Virus record (IMG/VR): IMGVR_UViG_3300009159_006334 | Location: 1 to 52,868 of that record | Source: a virus | Taxonomy: Duplodnaviria > Caudoviricetes | Direction: 5' to 3' (one strand) | DNA length: 52,868 nt | Part shown: one piece after another, positions 19,161 through 28,142 of the stretch | Layout: each line of letters opens with the position of its first letter | How positions within the stretch are numbered: position 1 is the stretch's first letter | Position numbers and translations under genes: made by a program | The notes under the pieces: generated by a model | Databases searched by the model: none | What the model saw: only the letters and a program-made list of their open reading frames with translations | What the model was told of the DNA's origin: nothing

Positions 19161-20132
19161 ATGAAAATATTAATAACAGGAGGATCGGGATATCTGGGTT
19201 CAGTTATAACAGGAAAAATGCTTGCATCAGGATACCAAGTAACAGTCCTAGATAAGCTTATATTTAATCAAGTTTCTTTATTATCTTTTACATCTAATTC
19301 TAATTTTAAATTTATACACGGAGATGTTCGCAATGAAAAGCTCTTAGAAAAATTATGTGATGAAGCAGATGTAATTATTCCTTTAGCTGCTATAGTTGGA
19401 TTTCCAGCCTGTGCTGCAGAGCCAGAGTTAGCGGAAGAGGTAAACTTTAATCAGATACGAAATATTGTAAAATTTACAGAGGGTAAGGGTAAGAAGGTAT
19501 TATATCCTAATACAAATAGTGGATATGGAATTGGTGAAAATCAAACAGAATGTACTGAGGAATCTCCTTTAAGTCCAATTTCAGTTTACGGTAAGACAAA
19601 ATGTGATGCTGAAAATATCCTAAAAGAAAAAACAGATGCTATTATTTTTAGATTAGCAACGGTGTTTGGAGTATCTTCTCGTATGAGGACAGATCTATTA
19701 GTTAATGACTTTACTTACAAAGCAATTACAGATAAGTATATTGTTGTATTTGAAAAAACATTTAAAAGAAATTTTATTCATATTGAGGATGTTGCAAATG
19801 CCTTTTTATTCATGTTAGAAAACTACGATACCTATAAAGGTGAAATTTTTAATGTTGGATTAAGTGAAGCAAATCTTTCAAAGCAAGAGTTATTAGAAAA
19901 AATTCAAACTCACGTAAAGGATTTTGCTGTAGTATATGACGATTACTACGAAGATCCGGATAAACGTAACTACATAGTATCTAATACGAAGATAGAAGCG
20001 ACAGGATGGAAGCCAGAATGGGACTTGGATAGAGGTATAAAACAATTAATAATGGCCTATCAAATGATAGTGCCAAAAATGGGCGCAGAATTTAGAAACG
20101 GTTTTCCTTTAGGTTACGCAAATCAAACATAA
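19161..20132 (+). CDS. NAD-dependent nucleotide-sugar epimerase/dehydratase (extended SDR)
   Basis: ITGGSGYLGS, LAAIVG, YGKTK (YxxxK), RLATVFG. Confidence 0.9.
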   Translation: MKILITGGSGYLGSVITGKMLASGYQVTVLDKLIFNQVSLLSFTSNSNFKFIHGDVRNEKLLEKLCDEADVIIPLAAIVGFPACAAEPELAEEVNFNQIRNIVKFTEGKGKKVLYPNTNSGYGIGENQTECTEESPLSPISVYGKTKCDAENILKEKTDAIIFRLATVFGVSSRMRTDLLVNDFTYKAITDKYIVVFEKTFKRNFIHIEDVANAFLFMLENYDTYKGEIFNVGLSEANLSKQELLEKIQTHVKDFAVVYDDYYEDPDKRNYIVSNTKIEATGWKPEWDLDRGIKQLIMAYQMIVPKMGAEFRNGFPLGYANQT

Positions 20133-20133
20133 T

Positions 20134-20679
20134 ATGAGCAATAAGTGGGATGAGTTTATAGAAACTCCATCAAAAAAATTCGGTTATCAAGTACCCGTAT
20201 TTACTCCGTCTATCTATAGAGAATATAGAGGTGAAATCTTTTCAACTTTTCACTCAGAAGAACATCCTGTAATGAGACATATTCATTATGATAAAAGTGA
20301 GATTAGTATTCATGGTAGATTTTCAAAATCCTATAAAGGAGTATTAAGAGGTCTACATTACGATAATAAGACTTGGAAATTAGTTCAAGCTACAGTTGGT
20401 GATATCTACCTAGTTGTATTAGATATGAGAAAGCAATCGGATACTTTTGGTGAATGGGAGGCATTTACAATAACTGAGAAGGATAGAAATCAAGTTTTAG
20501 TTCCTCCAGGATTTGCAAATGGACACTACGCTTTGACAGACTGTATGTTCCATTATAACTTATTCTATAAAGATGATTATGTAGATGTAGACGGACAAGG
20601 GGTAGTTAGGTGGAATGATCTAGAGTATCAAATGGAATGGCCAACAGATAATCCAATATTACAAAAAAGAGACAAATGA
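20134..20679 (+). CDS. rmlC: dTDP-4-dehydrorhamnose 3,5-epimerase family (RmlC-like)
   Basis: SYKGVLRGLHY, KLV, VVLDMRK, VLVPPGFANG. Confidence 0.85.
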   Translation: MSNKWDEFIETPSKKFGYQVPVFTPSIYREYRGEIFSTFHSEEHPVMRHIHYDKSEISIHGRFSKSYKGVLRGLHYDNKTWKLVQATVGDIYLVVLDMRKQSDTFGEWEAFTITEKDRNQVLVPPGFANGHYALTDCMFHYNLFYKDDYVDVDGQGVVRWNDLEYQMEWPTDNPILQKRDK

Positions 20680-21308
20680 TAAAAAATTTAGAACAGTATG
20701 CAATTGTTAAGGAGCCGTTGTGGGATAGAGCTAGCTTAGAGGTATTTGAAAAAAAGATAGCAGATCATTGGGAGGCTGGTAAGATAAAGGGTCCTGTGCA
20801 TTTAAGCGGAGGTAATGAAGATCAATTAATTGAAATCGGTAAGAGAATTAAATCTACTGATTGGGTATTTTCAACATGGCGTTCTCATTATCATGCTTTA
20901 ATTAAAGGGGTTCCTTCAGAATGGTTAGAGGAAGAGATTTTAGCTGGACGTTCGATTACGATAGTAAGTGAGGAGTATAGGTTTTATGCATCTGCTATAG
21001 TTGGTGCAATTATTCCAATTGCTGTAGGTGTTGCTCTTGCCAACAAGAGAGACGGTAAGGAAGATAAAGTTTGGTGCTTTATAGGTGACATGGCTTTTGA
21101 AACAGGCGGGTTCTATGAAATGCATAAATACGTAACTAATTATGGCTTACCTGTGGTCTTTGTTGTTGAAGACAATGGTGTTTCAACTAATACACCAACA
21201 GAAGCAACTTGGAATGGAATAAAAAGAGAAATACCTAGTGACGTCATTTGGTATAATTACGAAAAAAAGTGGCCGCACTACGGAACAGGAAAATGGGTAA
21301 TATTTTAA
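20676..21308 (+). CDS. TPP-dependent dehydrogenase E1 alpha-like subunit
   Basis: GPVHLSGGNE, STWRSHYHAL, GDM...VVEDN TPP-binding motif variant. Confidence 0.85.
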   Translation: MIKNLEQYAIVKEPLWDRASLEVFEKKIADHWEAGKIKGPVHLSGGNEDQLIEIGKRIKSTDWVFSTWRSHYHALIKGVPSEWLEEEILAGRSITIVSEEYRFYASAIVGAIIPIAVGVALANKRDGKEDKVWCFIGDMAFETGGFYEMHKYVTNYGLPVVFVVEDNGVSTNTPTEATWNGIKREIPSDVIWYNYEKKWPHYGTGKWVIF

Positions 21309-23812
21309 AGTTTGTTTACGATGATTGGGATGAAGAAAACAATGTCCCTAGACCTAATAGGTTAAAAACTTATCAACAAGAGGGTACCAACTCGGCATGG
21401 TTAGTTTCTTCTGATCCTATGAAGATTCTTAACCAGGTTACTATTGAAAATTACAAATTAGAAGAGGTAATTAAGAATCCAACTCAAGTGTACTTCTATC
21501 ACGTTTGGTTTAGAGGAAATTTTGAATCTAGTTTTTTTAGCAAAGGAAAGTTACCAGTAGACAATGAAATAATTCGAATAATTAATCAAAATCCAAATTT
21601 ACATTTAATTTTAATGAACGAGCAGGAGTATGAAACTAGAACTGCAGTAAAACAGTTGGATGAGATTGTAAAAAGGTTAAGGTTAAAGCCACATAGGGTA
21701 TGGTTTGTAAACAATAATGAAAAATTAGAGGAGTATAAGCTAGAATCGAGTGCTGGTATAAATGTGCATACTTCTCGCTGCTTAATTTCGCACGTTAAAA
21801 GAGATGAAAATAATGCACTAAGCTTTAAGACTGATAAAGATATTAGTTCTTTCTTTTTATGTCATAATAGATCTCCTAGACCTCAAAGATATGCATTACT
21901 TTGTCTATTAAAAAAATACGGTATATTAGAAAGTGTGGATTGGTCTTTAGTTAATGGTTGGGGTAATGATAAGGTTAATTTTGAGTTAAATTGTTTGCAG
22001 CTTTTTACTCGAGAACAATTTCAAGATTTATCTTCAGAAGCTCAATATTTCGAGTCTATTGAAATGAAGAAAAGTAAATACGAAACTAATCATTTTGAAT
22101 TTGATAATCGTAATAATCAAAGGATATTTTTTGAACATGCTACCTATGAAAATTCATACTTTAACATTGTAACGGAAACTATCTACCATGGAGAAGATAT
22201 ACACATAACAGAAAAATCTTTTAAGCCGTTTTACTTCTTGCAGTTTCCATTAATATTAGCATCGTACCAACATGGCTATTATTTTAGAAAAGCTTATCCC
22301 GAATATGATTTTTTTGATGATGTGATAAATCATGATTATGATAATATAGAAGATGATAAAGAAAGGCTTCTTGCATTTGTTAATGAAGTCAAGAGAGTTA
22401 ACAGCAATAAAGAGTTTTTCATCGAGTTTTATAAGAATAATGAAGAAAGGTTTATTAAAAATCACGAAGTGTGTAAAGCTTACAATTATACACGGGATCA
22501 TGACTTTTTTAAAAAGCTAAGCGAACTACCTGTTACAGGAAATAAGGCATTAAATTTAGTATATGATAATTGGAATGAATATACTCAATATCCGTCAGAG
22601 CCTAATTGTAGGGAGGTTTATACAAATCACTTTATGATTGTTCCTGATATGTCTGTGTTTGCTCTAGGGTTTGGATCAGATCTTATTGTAAGATATCTGC
22701 TAGAAGATATGCCAAAGTACCCCGATAGAAAATTTTACTACTTTATAACATTAATACCTAATTTATTTTTAAGCAAAATTAAAGATAATAAGCTACCGTT
22801 GCCAGAGGAAGTTCTTGATTACTTATTAAAGTACTCAAACTTTAATGTTGTTATAATAAATGAACAAGAATTTGAAACTTTTGAAGCTGTCGAGGCAATT
22901 CATCAATGGTCTAAAGCACTTAACATAAATCAAAAGCAATTGTGGATTTCAAATAATAACATTAAACTAAATGATTATAAAGAAATCTTAAACAGCGATA
23001 TTAATTTTTACACTACATCGTGGGTAAAAAATCACGTTGGTGGGGTAATGCACAACAAAATAGGCGATATACAATATAAACCTAACAAAGAAGGTGCTTT
23101 ATTTCTTTGTCATAATAGAAGGCCTAGGCCTCATAGACACGGATTACTTTGTCTATTGAAAAAATACGGTATATTGGATAATGTTGATTGGTCTTTAGTT
23201 AATGGTTGGGAGGTACGAAGTGAAGATTTGGGTTTTTATTATAATGTTTTTAATGAAGAAGATATTAATTCGTTGTCTGAAGAAATAAACTATTTTCAGA
23301 GTATTGAGCAAAAGAAGAGTAGGTACGAAGAAGAATATACTTGGTTTGATGATAGGGAACATACTAATGGTGTCAATTGGAATGAGACGTACGTAACAGC
23401 TACCTATGAAAATTCTTATTTTAATATAAGTACTGAGACTGAATTTCGTACAGAGGTTATACATATTAGTGAAAAATCCTTTAAAGCATTTTATGCTATG
23501 CAGTTTCCTTTGGTTTTGGCTTCACCGAATCACATTGCTGAGATGAAAAAACATTTTGATTATGATTGGTTTGATGATGTTATAGATCATAGTTATGACT
23601 CGGTTCTTAGTCACAGAGATAGATTATATAAATTTGTCGAAGAGGTTAAGAGAATTAATGATAATAAAGAATTTTTTATAGAATTTTACAAAAATAACAA
23701 ACAGAGATTTATCGATAATCATGAGAAATCCTTAAAATGGTCATCAAATCCAGCCGATAAGAATTTTCTTTTAGGATTATGTGATTTACCTCTTATACCT
23801 TGGAACAAATAA
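21293..23812 (+). CDS. Tandem-duplicated putative glycosyltransferase-like protein (two ~420-aa units)
   Basis: Two copies of FLCHNRxPRP.R..LLCLLKKYGIL..VDWSLVNGW, ATYENSYFNI.TET, HI(T/S)EKSFK, FDDVI.H.YD; ATG at 21293 preferred to the track start at 21269. Confidence 0.6.
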   Translation: MGNILKFVYDDWDEENNVPRPNRLKTYQQEGTNSAWLVSSDPMKILNQVTIENYKLEEVIKNPTQVYFYHVWFRGNFESSFFSKGKLPVDNEIIRIINQNPNLHLILMNEQEYETRTAVKQLDEIVKRLRLKPHRVWFVNNNEKLEEYKLESSAGINVHTSRCLISHVKRDENNALSFKTDKDISSFFLCHNRSPRPQRYALLCLLKKYGILESVDWSLVNGWGNDKVNFELNCLQLFTREQFQDLSSEAQYFESIEMKKSKYETNHFEFDNRNNQRIFFEHATYENSYFNIVTETIYHGEDIHITEKSFKPFYFLQFPLILASYQHGYYFRKAYPEYDFFDDVINHDYDNIEDDKERLLAFVNEVKRVNSNKEFFIEFYKNNEERFIKNHEVCKAYNYTRDHDFFKKLSELPVTGNKALNLVYDNWNEYTQYPSEPNCREVYTNHFMIVPDMSVFALGFGSDLIVRYLLEDMPKYPDRKFYYFITLIPNLFLSKIKDNKLPLPEEVLDYLLKYSNFNVVIINEQEFETFEAVEAIHQWSKALNINQKQLWISNNNIKLNDYKEILNSDINFYTTSWVKNHVGGVMHNKIGDIQYKPNKEGALFLCHNRRPRPHRHGLLCLLKKYGILDNVDWSLVNGWEVRSEDLGFYYNVFNEEDINSLSEEINYFQSIEQKKSRYEEEYTWFDDREHTNGVNWNETYVTATYENSYFNISTETEFRTEVIHISEKSFKAFYAMQFPLVLASPNHIAEMKKHFDYDWFDDVIDHSYDSVLSHRDRLYKFVEEVKRINDNKEFFIEFYKNNKQRFIDNHEKSLKWSSNPADKNFLLGLCDLPLIPWNK

Positions 23813-23821
23813 AATAATACA

Positions 23822-24754
23822 ATGAAAAAAATACTAATAACAGGATGTAGTGGATTAGTCGGTACACATTTAGTTAAAAAATGTATTAGTTTAGGCTACG
23901 ACGTAGTTGGTGTTGATTTATACTTAAGTAAACATCTTCCAGCAAGCGGATGGTCTTTTATTGAAGCGGATTTGACTAAGAATAACATAATTGAAACTAT
24001 TTTCCTATGTAATAATTTTGATGTAGTATTTAATACCTTTGGAATTAAGGGTTCACCAATGAGGGCTAAAAATAATCCTGTCGATTTTTTATATCCATCC
24101 TTTAAAATTAACACTGAGATTATAAATCAATGTGCGAAAAAGGATATATGGTTAGTATTTGTTAGTTCGGTGGGTGTTTATGCTCCAGCTGAGAGGTTTG
24201 TAGAGGATACGGTGTGGAAGACTTTACCTTCAGAAGCGGATTGGTATCCTGCTTGGAGTAAGAGAACTGGAGAAATTTTATTGGAGGCATATAAGGTACA
24301 ATACGGTTATGATAGGTGGTCAATTATAAGGCCGGCAAACATATTTGGTAAGTATGATGATTTTAGTGGTTTTGGTACTGTCATAGCATCTACAATTAAA
24401 AAAGTTGCTGAAGCGAAGGATGAGATTGAATGTTGGGGAGATGGTTCTCCAATTAGAGACTTTGTCTATGCTGGTGATGTTGCTGATGCTATTATAAAAG
24501 TGTATCAAAAGCAAATAAACGATACTGTTAATTTTGGTTCTGGTATTGAAATTTCAATTAAGGAGATAGTTGATAGCATAGTTAGTATTAGCGGTAAAGA
24601 TTTAAGTATAAAATGGGACGCGTCTAAGCCAAACGGAGACTTAAGAAGGTTAATGGATGTGTCTAAGCAAACAGCTTATAGTATTCTACCTACAACAACA
24701 TTTAAAGAGAGATTAAAAGAAGTATATGAATTCTACACCGATTCCATTAAGTAG
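23822..24754 (+). CDS. NAD-dependent epimerase/reductase (GDP-fucose synthase-like SDR)
   Basis: ITGCSGLVG, AWSKR, RPANIFG, WGDGSPIRDFVY. Confidence 0.85.
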   Translation: MKKILITGCSGLVGTHLVKKCISLGYDVVGVDLYLSKHLPASGWSFIEADLTKNNIIETIFLCNNFDVVFNTFGIKGSPMRAKNNPVDFLYPSFKINTEIINQCAKKDIWLVFVSSVGVYAPAERFVEDTVWKTLPSEADWYPAWSKRTGEILLEAYKVQYGYDRWSIIRPANIFGKYDDFSGFGTVIASTIKKVAEAKDEIECWGDGSPIRDFVYAGDVADAIIKVYQKQINDTVNFGSGIEISIKEIVDSIVSISGKDLSIKWDASKPNGDLRRLMDVSKQTAYSILPTTTFKERLKEVYEFYTDSIK

Positions 24755-25424
24755 CTTTCTAGAAGAAGGTGCTTATGTTGGTAATTTATATGATTTTATT
24801 GATGCAAATGAAATGACTCAAGTAGAGTCTAAAATTAAAGGTATTTGTAGTTATGTTGAATCAGATAGAGAGTCTATTTTAAAATGTAGATACGATTACG
24901 CACCTGAGCTTCAAAGCTATGAGCACTCAATACCTTTAAATCAAATTCTAGAAAGAGATTTATTTATAAAAGAGAATGATTTACGTACAGTACAAAAGTG
25001 GTACGAATTTTCTATGAGTAATGAATACCATCAGTACTTTTATAGCTTATCTAAGAAAATAGTAAATACTCTCTATCCAGATACCGTCATAGATGATAGC
25101 GATAGAATGGGAGATTTTACTCTATACGAAGATGATCATTTTATAAGTGATCATAAGGATGGTTACAGTAACGGTAGGTTATGTGTTTTAATTATGTATT
25201 TAAGTAGTGAGGCGGATTATAACAATGGCGGCGGTGAATTAATTATAACTACAAATTCAAGTACTCAACATACAGTAAAGCCTCTATTAGGTACTTTCAG
25301 TATTATGGATTTTTCAAAAAGTGATTTGATTCATGAAGTCAAAGCGGTAAAGAATGGATTTAAAAGATACTCTTTTATTAATTTTTTTAAAGTTAAAAAT
25401 GTAGAGAATAAAATAACAATATGA
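24726..25424 (+). CDS. 2OG-Fe(II) oxygenase (prolyl-4-hydroxylase-like)
   Basis: HKD, LIMYL, GGEL, HEVKAV, RYS. Confidence 0.8.
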   Translation: MNSTPIPLSSFLEEGAYVGNLYDFIDANEMTQVESKIKGICSYVESDRESILKCRYDYAPELQSYEHSIPLNQILERDLFIKENDLRTVQKWYEFSMSNEYHQYFYSLSKKIVNTLYPDTVIDDSDRMGDFTLYEDDHFISDHKDGYSNGRLCVLIMYLSSEADYNNGGGELIITTNSSTQHTVKPLLGTFSIMDFSKSDLIHEVKAVKNGFKRYSFINFFKVKNVENKITI

Positions 25425-26395
25425 TAAATAAAAATTCCAAAATATTAATTACTGGTGGTTCGGGATTAGTGGGACAAAATTTAACCGAAAGATTACTTAG
25501 AGAGGGGTACACTAATCTAAGAGTTAACTTACATAAAAGAGGTGTTAGAACCGTTCATGATGGTGTTCATTACACGTATCATGATCTACAGGCGTATGAA
25601 GGATGTTTAACTGCAACAAAGGAAGTTGATATCGTATTTCATGCTGCTGCCTCTACATCTAATGCGGTTGATACTGTTGTTGACCCCTTAGCACATGTCA
25701 CACCAAATGTAGCAATGAATAACTTCCTAATTGATGCTAGTTGGAGAAATAAAATACAGCACTATATCTTTATTTCATCTAATACAGTTTATCCTCCAAA
25801 GGGTGATGAACCTGTTATTGAAACCGATTTCTTATTCGATGAGCCTTACCCTGTTTATTTTCCTGTGGGGTGGATGAAAAGGTATGCTGAAGTTCAGTGT
25901 GAGTTATACGGTAAGTATTTACCTGTTAAAATGAAATGTACTGTTGTTAGACCAGCTAACTTATTTGGCCCTCATGATAAATACGACTTTAATAAATGTC
26001 ATGTAACTCCAGCAACTATTCGCAAAGTAGCAGATAAAATGAATCCGATTCCTGTTTGGGGGGATGGAAGTGAGTTAAGAGATCTTTTATATATTGAAGA
26101 TTTTATAGAAGCATTACAAGTTATTATGGAAAATGAAGTTGAAATGTTTGAAGTATATAATGTTGGCTCAAATAAGGTATATTCAGTATTAGAAGTATTG
26201 GAGATAATGAAGGTAATTGCAAATTACAATGCTCCAACTGAATTTATTAGTGGTAAACCTTCTATGATACCGACACGTAAAATAAATTCAAATAAAATTA
26301 AAGAAAAACTAGGTTGGGAGGCAACAACAAGTCTTGAATCTGGTTTAAAAAACGCTTACAATTGGTATAAAGAAAATGAAAACGAATTCAAATAA
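25421..26395 (+). CDS. GDP-L-fucose synthase-like NDP-sugar epimerase/reductase
   Basis: ITGGSGLVG, GWMKR, RPANLFGPHDKYD, HV, VWGDGSELRDLLY. Confidence 0.85.
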   Translation: MINKNSKILITGGSGLVGQNLTERLLREGYTNLRVNLHKRGVRTVHDGVHYTYHDLQAYEGCLTATKEVDIVFHAAASTSNAVDTVVDPLAHVTPNVAMNNFLIDASWRNKIQHYIFISSNTVYPPKGDEPVIETDFLFDEPYPVYFPVGWMKRYAEVQCELYGKYLPVKMKCTVVRPANLFGPHDKYDFNKCHVTPATIRKVADKMNPIPVWGDGSELRDLLYIEDFIEALQVIMENEVEMFEVYNVGSNKVYSVLEVLEIMKVIANYNAPTEFISGKPSMIPTRKINSNKIKEKLGWEATTSLESGLKNAYNWYKENENEFK

Positions 26396-27209
26396 AATAA
26401 CTAAAGGAATTGTATTTGGTGGTTGTTCTTTTACATGGGGACAGGGCCTTTACTACTATTCTAATTTAGAGACTTTAAAAGAACCTCTACCTGATTGCTA
26501 TGATAGTAAGTTAGTTACTGATGCTCATAAGCGATATGGTGCAACATTAAGATATCCAAGACTTGTGGCAAATCATTTTAATACTTTTGAAGTATGTATG
26601 TTACAAAACGGTGGATCCGAAGAAACTACTTTTGATTATTTGAGAAAAGTATTTGGCTTAGAAGAAAACTGTGATCATTTATTTACTGAATCATTATCTT
26701 TTAGTGAGCTTGAATATATTATAATACAAACTTCACAGCCTAATAGAAATTCTTTTACTTATACTTTAGATGGTAGTCAGCATTACTACAAAATAGATTC
26801 GCCAGAAACAAAAGACCTCTTTTACAAATGGCTAAGTCAAGAAAAAATAGAGTTTGAAGATTGGTACTCGAGTCATGTTAAAAGTGTATTTAATCAGTTA
26901 AAAGAAAACATGTTTTTTTACGAATCTAAAGGAATAAAGACATTATTTCTTAATTGGGAAGAAGATTATTCGTCTTTAATCAAAGAAGATACTTACATGT
27001 CAGAAAGATTTATATCTTTAGAGTATAGAGGTAAGAATTACGAATGTATTCGCCATTTAATGGATGAAAATAAACACTTAACCATTAATAGCGATTACGA
27101 ACATTTTGAAATACCTCCTACCGATCATCACCCTTCAAAAGAATGTCATGAAGTTATGGCTACAAACATTATAAAAAAAATAAACAACAATGGAAAAAAA
27201 CTTATATAA
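26376..27209 (+). CDS. SGNH-like protein (GCS variant)
   Basis: GGCSFTWGQG, NGGS, DHHPSKECH. Confidence 0.65.
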   Translation: MKTNSNKITKGIVFGGCSFTWGQGLYYYSNLETLKEPLPDCYDSKLVTDAHKRYGATLRYPRLVANHFNTFEVCMLQNGGSEETTFDYLRKVFGLEENCDHLFTESLSFSELEYIIIQTSQPNRNSFTYTLDGSQHYYKIDSPETKDLFYKWLSQEKIEFEDWYSSHVKSVFNQLKENMFFYESKGIKTLFLNWEEDYSSLIKEDTYMSERFISLEYRGKNYECIRHLMDENKHLTINSDYEHFEIPPTDHHPSKECHEVMATNIIKKINNNGKKLI

Positions 27210-27726
27210 AAATGCGCTCCTAAACTCAATGACTTATTTGGGTCAACAGCAAGATACTGTTTTCATAGGTCAACAAGTTCTTTGGCAAGGTAATCCAATG
27301 AGTACTACTCTAGTTGAAGTTCCTAAAGATAAATTAATTGAATTGCCAGTAATGGAAGAATCTCAAATGGGAATATCTTTAGGAATGGCTATGGCAGGTA
27401 AATTTGTTATAACCTTTTATCCAAGATGGGACTTTTTAATCTGTGCAACGAATCAATTAGTAAATCATGTAGATAAGATAGTGTTAATGAGCAAGGGTGA
27501 GTGGAAATCCAACATTATTATTCGCTTAGGTAAAGGATCGGATAAGCCTTTAGATCCAGGACATCAACATAAAGGAAACTACTTAGAAGAATTTAAATCT
27601 ATGTGTCCAAATATTACTTTTTGGAATTTAGATAAGCCGGATAATATTGAAGAAACTTATAAAACTGTTTATGCGTCGGGCGGGATGCATATTATTATAG
27701 AGTATCCTGAGCTATACTACGCTTAA
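27190..27726 (+). CDS. TPP-dependent E1 beta / transketolase pyrimidine-binding domain protein
   Basis: VFIGQ, IELPVMEESQMGISLGMAMAG, NQLVN, GHQH; lacks the usual C-terminal domain. Confidence 0.82.
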   Translation: MEKNLYKNALLNSMTYLGQQQDTVFIGQQVLWQGNPMSTTLVEVPKDKLIELPVMEESQMGISLGMAMAGKFVITFYPRWDFLICATNQLVNHVDKIVLMSKGEWKSNIIIRLGKGSDKPLDPGHQHKGNYLEEFKSMCPNITFWNLDKPDNIEETYKTVYASGGMHIIIEYPELYYA

Positions 27727-28131
27727 TTACCAACTAATTTCCCAATCTTTAAATTCAGCAGCTAGACAGTCAATTTTATAGTCTTTTCTACCTCCTACTA
27801 TTTCTTGTATTTTGTTTTTTGCAGTATTTCTAATACCGTTAATACCATGTGTTAATGCTAAATTAGATGGTCCTGCAGTTCCTGCTCTTACTGCTGACTC
27901 ATTATGCCAGATATGAGCGTTCATTTGAGATAATACTACAATCGCTCTAATAGTTTCTGCATTAATGGGGGTAATACTACTATCAAGACATATCTGTATA
28001 TCATGAACGATGTCTGCTATTTCTTGTGCATACTCTTCCTTATGTTCAGGTATTTTGACTTCTTTTAACTGTGAAATACTTAATCTATCGATTAATTCAG
28101 CCAATGTTGGTAGGTATTTTCTATTTTCCAT
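27727..28131 (-). CDS. Hypothetical helical protein (DUF4254-like)
   Basis: TLAELIDRLSISQLKE, IWHNE, NGIRN pattern. Confidence 0.55.
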   Translation of the reverse strand: MENRKYLPTLAELIDRLSISQLKEVKIPEHKEEYAQEIADIVHDIQICLDSSITPINAETIRAIVVLSQMNAHIWHNESAVRAGTAGPSNLALTHGINGIRNTAKNKIQEIVGGRKDYKIDCLAAEFKDWEISW

Positions 28132-28142
28132 ATTATAATTTA

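Noticed and set aside
20676-27726. Pyruvate dehydrogenase as a central-metabolism auxiliary gene
   Set aside because: Both subunits are truncated, E2/E3 are absent from the window, and the context is nucleotide-sugar synthesis
18329-27729. Recombinase-controlled invertible segment
   Set aside because: No inverted repeats seen at the two boundaries and no recombinase in the window
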